Shown here: positions 63,181 through 64,000 of the stretch, in pieces
Numbering within the stretch: the first letter of the stretch is position 1
Layout: the number at the start of each line of letters is the position of its first letter
Assembly (NCBI GenBank): GCA_030265395.1
Contig: JARFYF010000036.1
Coordinates: 41,784,099 to 41,848,098 of the forward strand
Direction: 5' to 3'
DNA length: 64,000 nt
Source: Rhina ancylostomus
Lineage: Eukaryota
The notes under the pieces: model-generated
Database searches by the model: none
What the model saw: the letters and a program-made list of their open reading frames with translations, nothing else
Told to the model about the DNA's origin: nothing
Made by a program: the position numbers and the translations under genes

Positions 63181-64000
63181 TAAAACTTGAATCAATGCAA
63201 TGGGTAATCTGAATCATCATGAATTACTGAAATCAAGGCCGTCAGATTGAATTTTTATCTGATATTTCAACTTTTAAGTACAGCAGTTTTGCAACCACTC
63301 AAGAAGCCTTAGGCAGAATATAATTGACAAGATGGTTTGCATTCAGTCAGAAGATCTTGAGAATAGATAGCCATTGCACTGGTAGAAATTACATTGCAAA
63401 AGTTCTGCCAGAAAGAGACAAGTCTTGTCAGCAAGCGTTGGTACAGCAATTTATTCTAAGTCATGAGTTTGAATTCAGGTCTGACTGAAATGAAATACGT
63501 TAGTGGCTTTTACTGTCCAAATTAAAATATAAAATGAAAATCTCAATCTAGTTCACTAAGAGCCTATCAAGAAACCTATCAATAATGAATGCTAATTATT
63601 TAATAACTTTTAAAAACCATCTACCCATGATGAATATTCATAGACTTTTAAATGGCCTATTTTATAAACCCATTTAAGTGCTGAAGTTGAAACTAACTTT
63701 AGCAGATATAAAAACTGTAACTGCTCTAATAGCGGCACCCCATTCAGACTGACAGGTTATGCCCATTTCAGTACAATGGTTAGACTGTTTACCAAATTGA
63801 AAACAGAACCTCTGTACCTCATCAAAGGACAGAACATTCTGTGTATTCAAGACAATGTACCCTTTCAATAAAGTCCCTTCAGTTGACACCATGAAACTTA
63901 ACTTTATTATTCTGGAGTCTATAAGCACATACCCAGAAGGGCACCTTCGCACCTGCTCATTTCTTCAAGGATGCCAGAGAACACTAAGTCGCTTGTGAAA

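Noticed and set aside
63674-63952. 92-aa minus-strand ORF as an upstream DIDO1 exon or Dido1-specific tail
   Set aside because: No similarity to DIDO1 motifs I recognise (e.g. W.SDHNYNAVK) and no convincing splice signals; the upstream exon appears to lie outside the window
1-64000. CRISPR array, rRNA, operon or endogenous virus
   Set aside because: No regularly spaced repeats, rRNA-like sequence or long viral ORFs seen; the content is explained by a spliced gene plus retroelement debris

Overview
Vertebrate genomic DNA, most likely a cartilaginous fish (shark/ray-type CR1/HER1, HE1/V-SINE, DeuSINE, Rex1 and Penelope-derived repeats), from a gappy short-read assembly. The window holds the 3' part of one minus-strand gene, DIDO1 (death inducer-obliterator 1). 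I traced nine phase-consistent GT-AG internal exons (56447 down to 21739; TFIIS-M and SPOC domains) and a large GC-rich terminal exon (8174-10399) whose 5' end falls in an N gap. The N-terminal PHD exons lie beyond the window. The introns are mostly decayed retroelements. No prokaryote-style system (CRISPR, operon) is present, and I found no clearly novel multi-gene system. The best leads are: (i) a diverged copy of a DIDO1 exon start, splice acceptor included, inserted into a deletion in a LINE 1.2 kb away, plus other short local duplications; (ii) signals for truncated DIDO isoforms, namely a Dido2-like intron read-through with a poly(A) site and a candidate stop-containing exon at 61240-61434; (iii) degenerate minimal hammerhead-ribozyme motifs in palindromic Penelope-derived repeats; (iv) an ~8 kb CpG-rich domain over the last exon and intron. 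Repeat family names come from motif recognition by eye and repeat boundaries are approximate.
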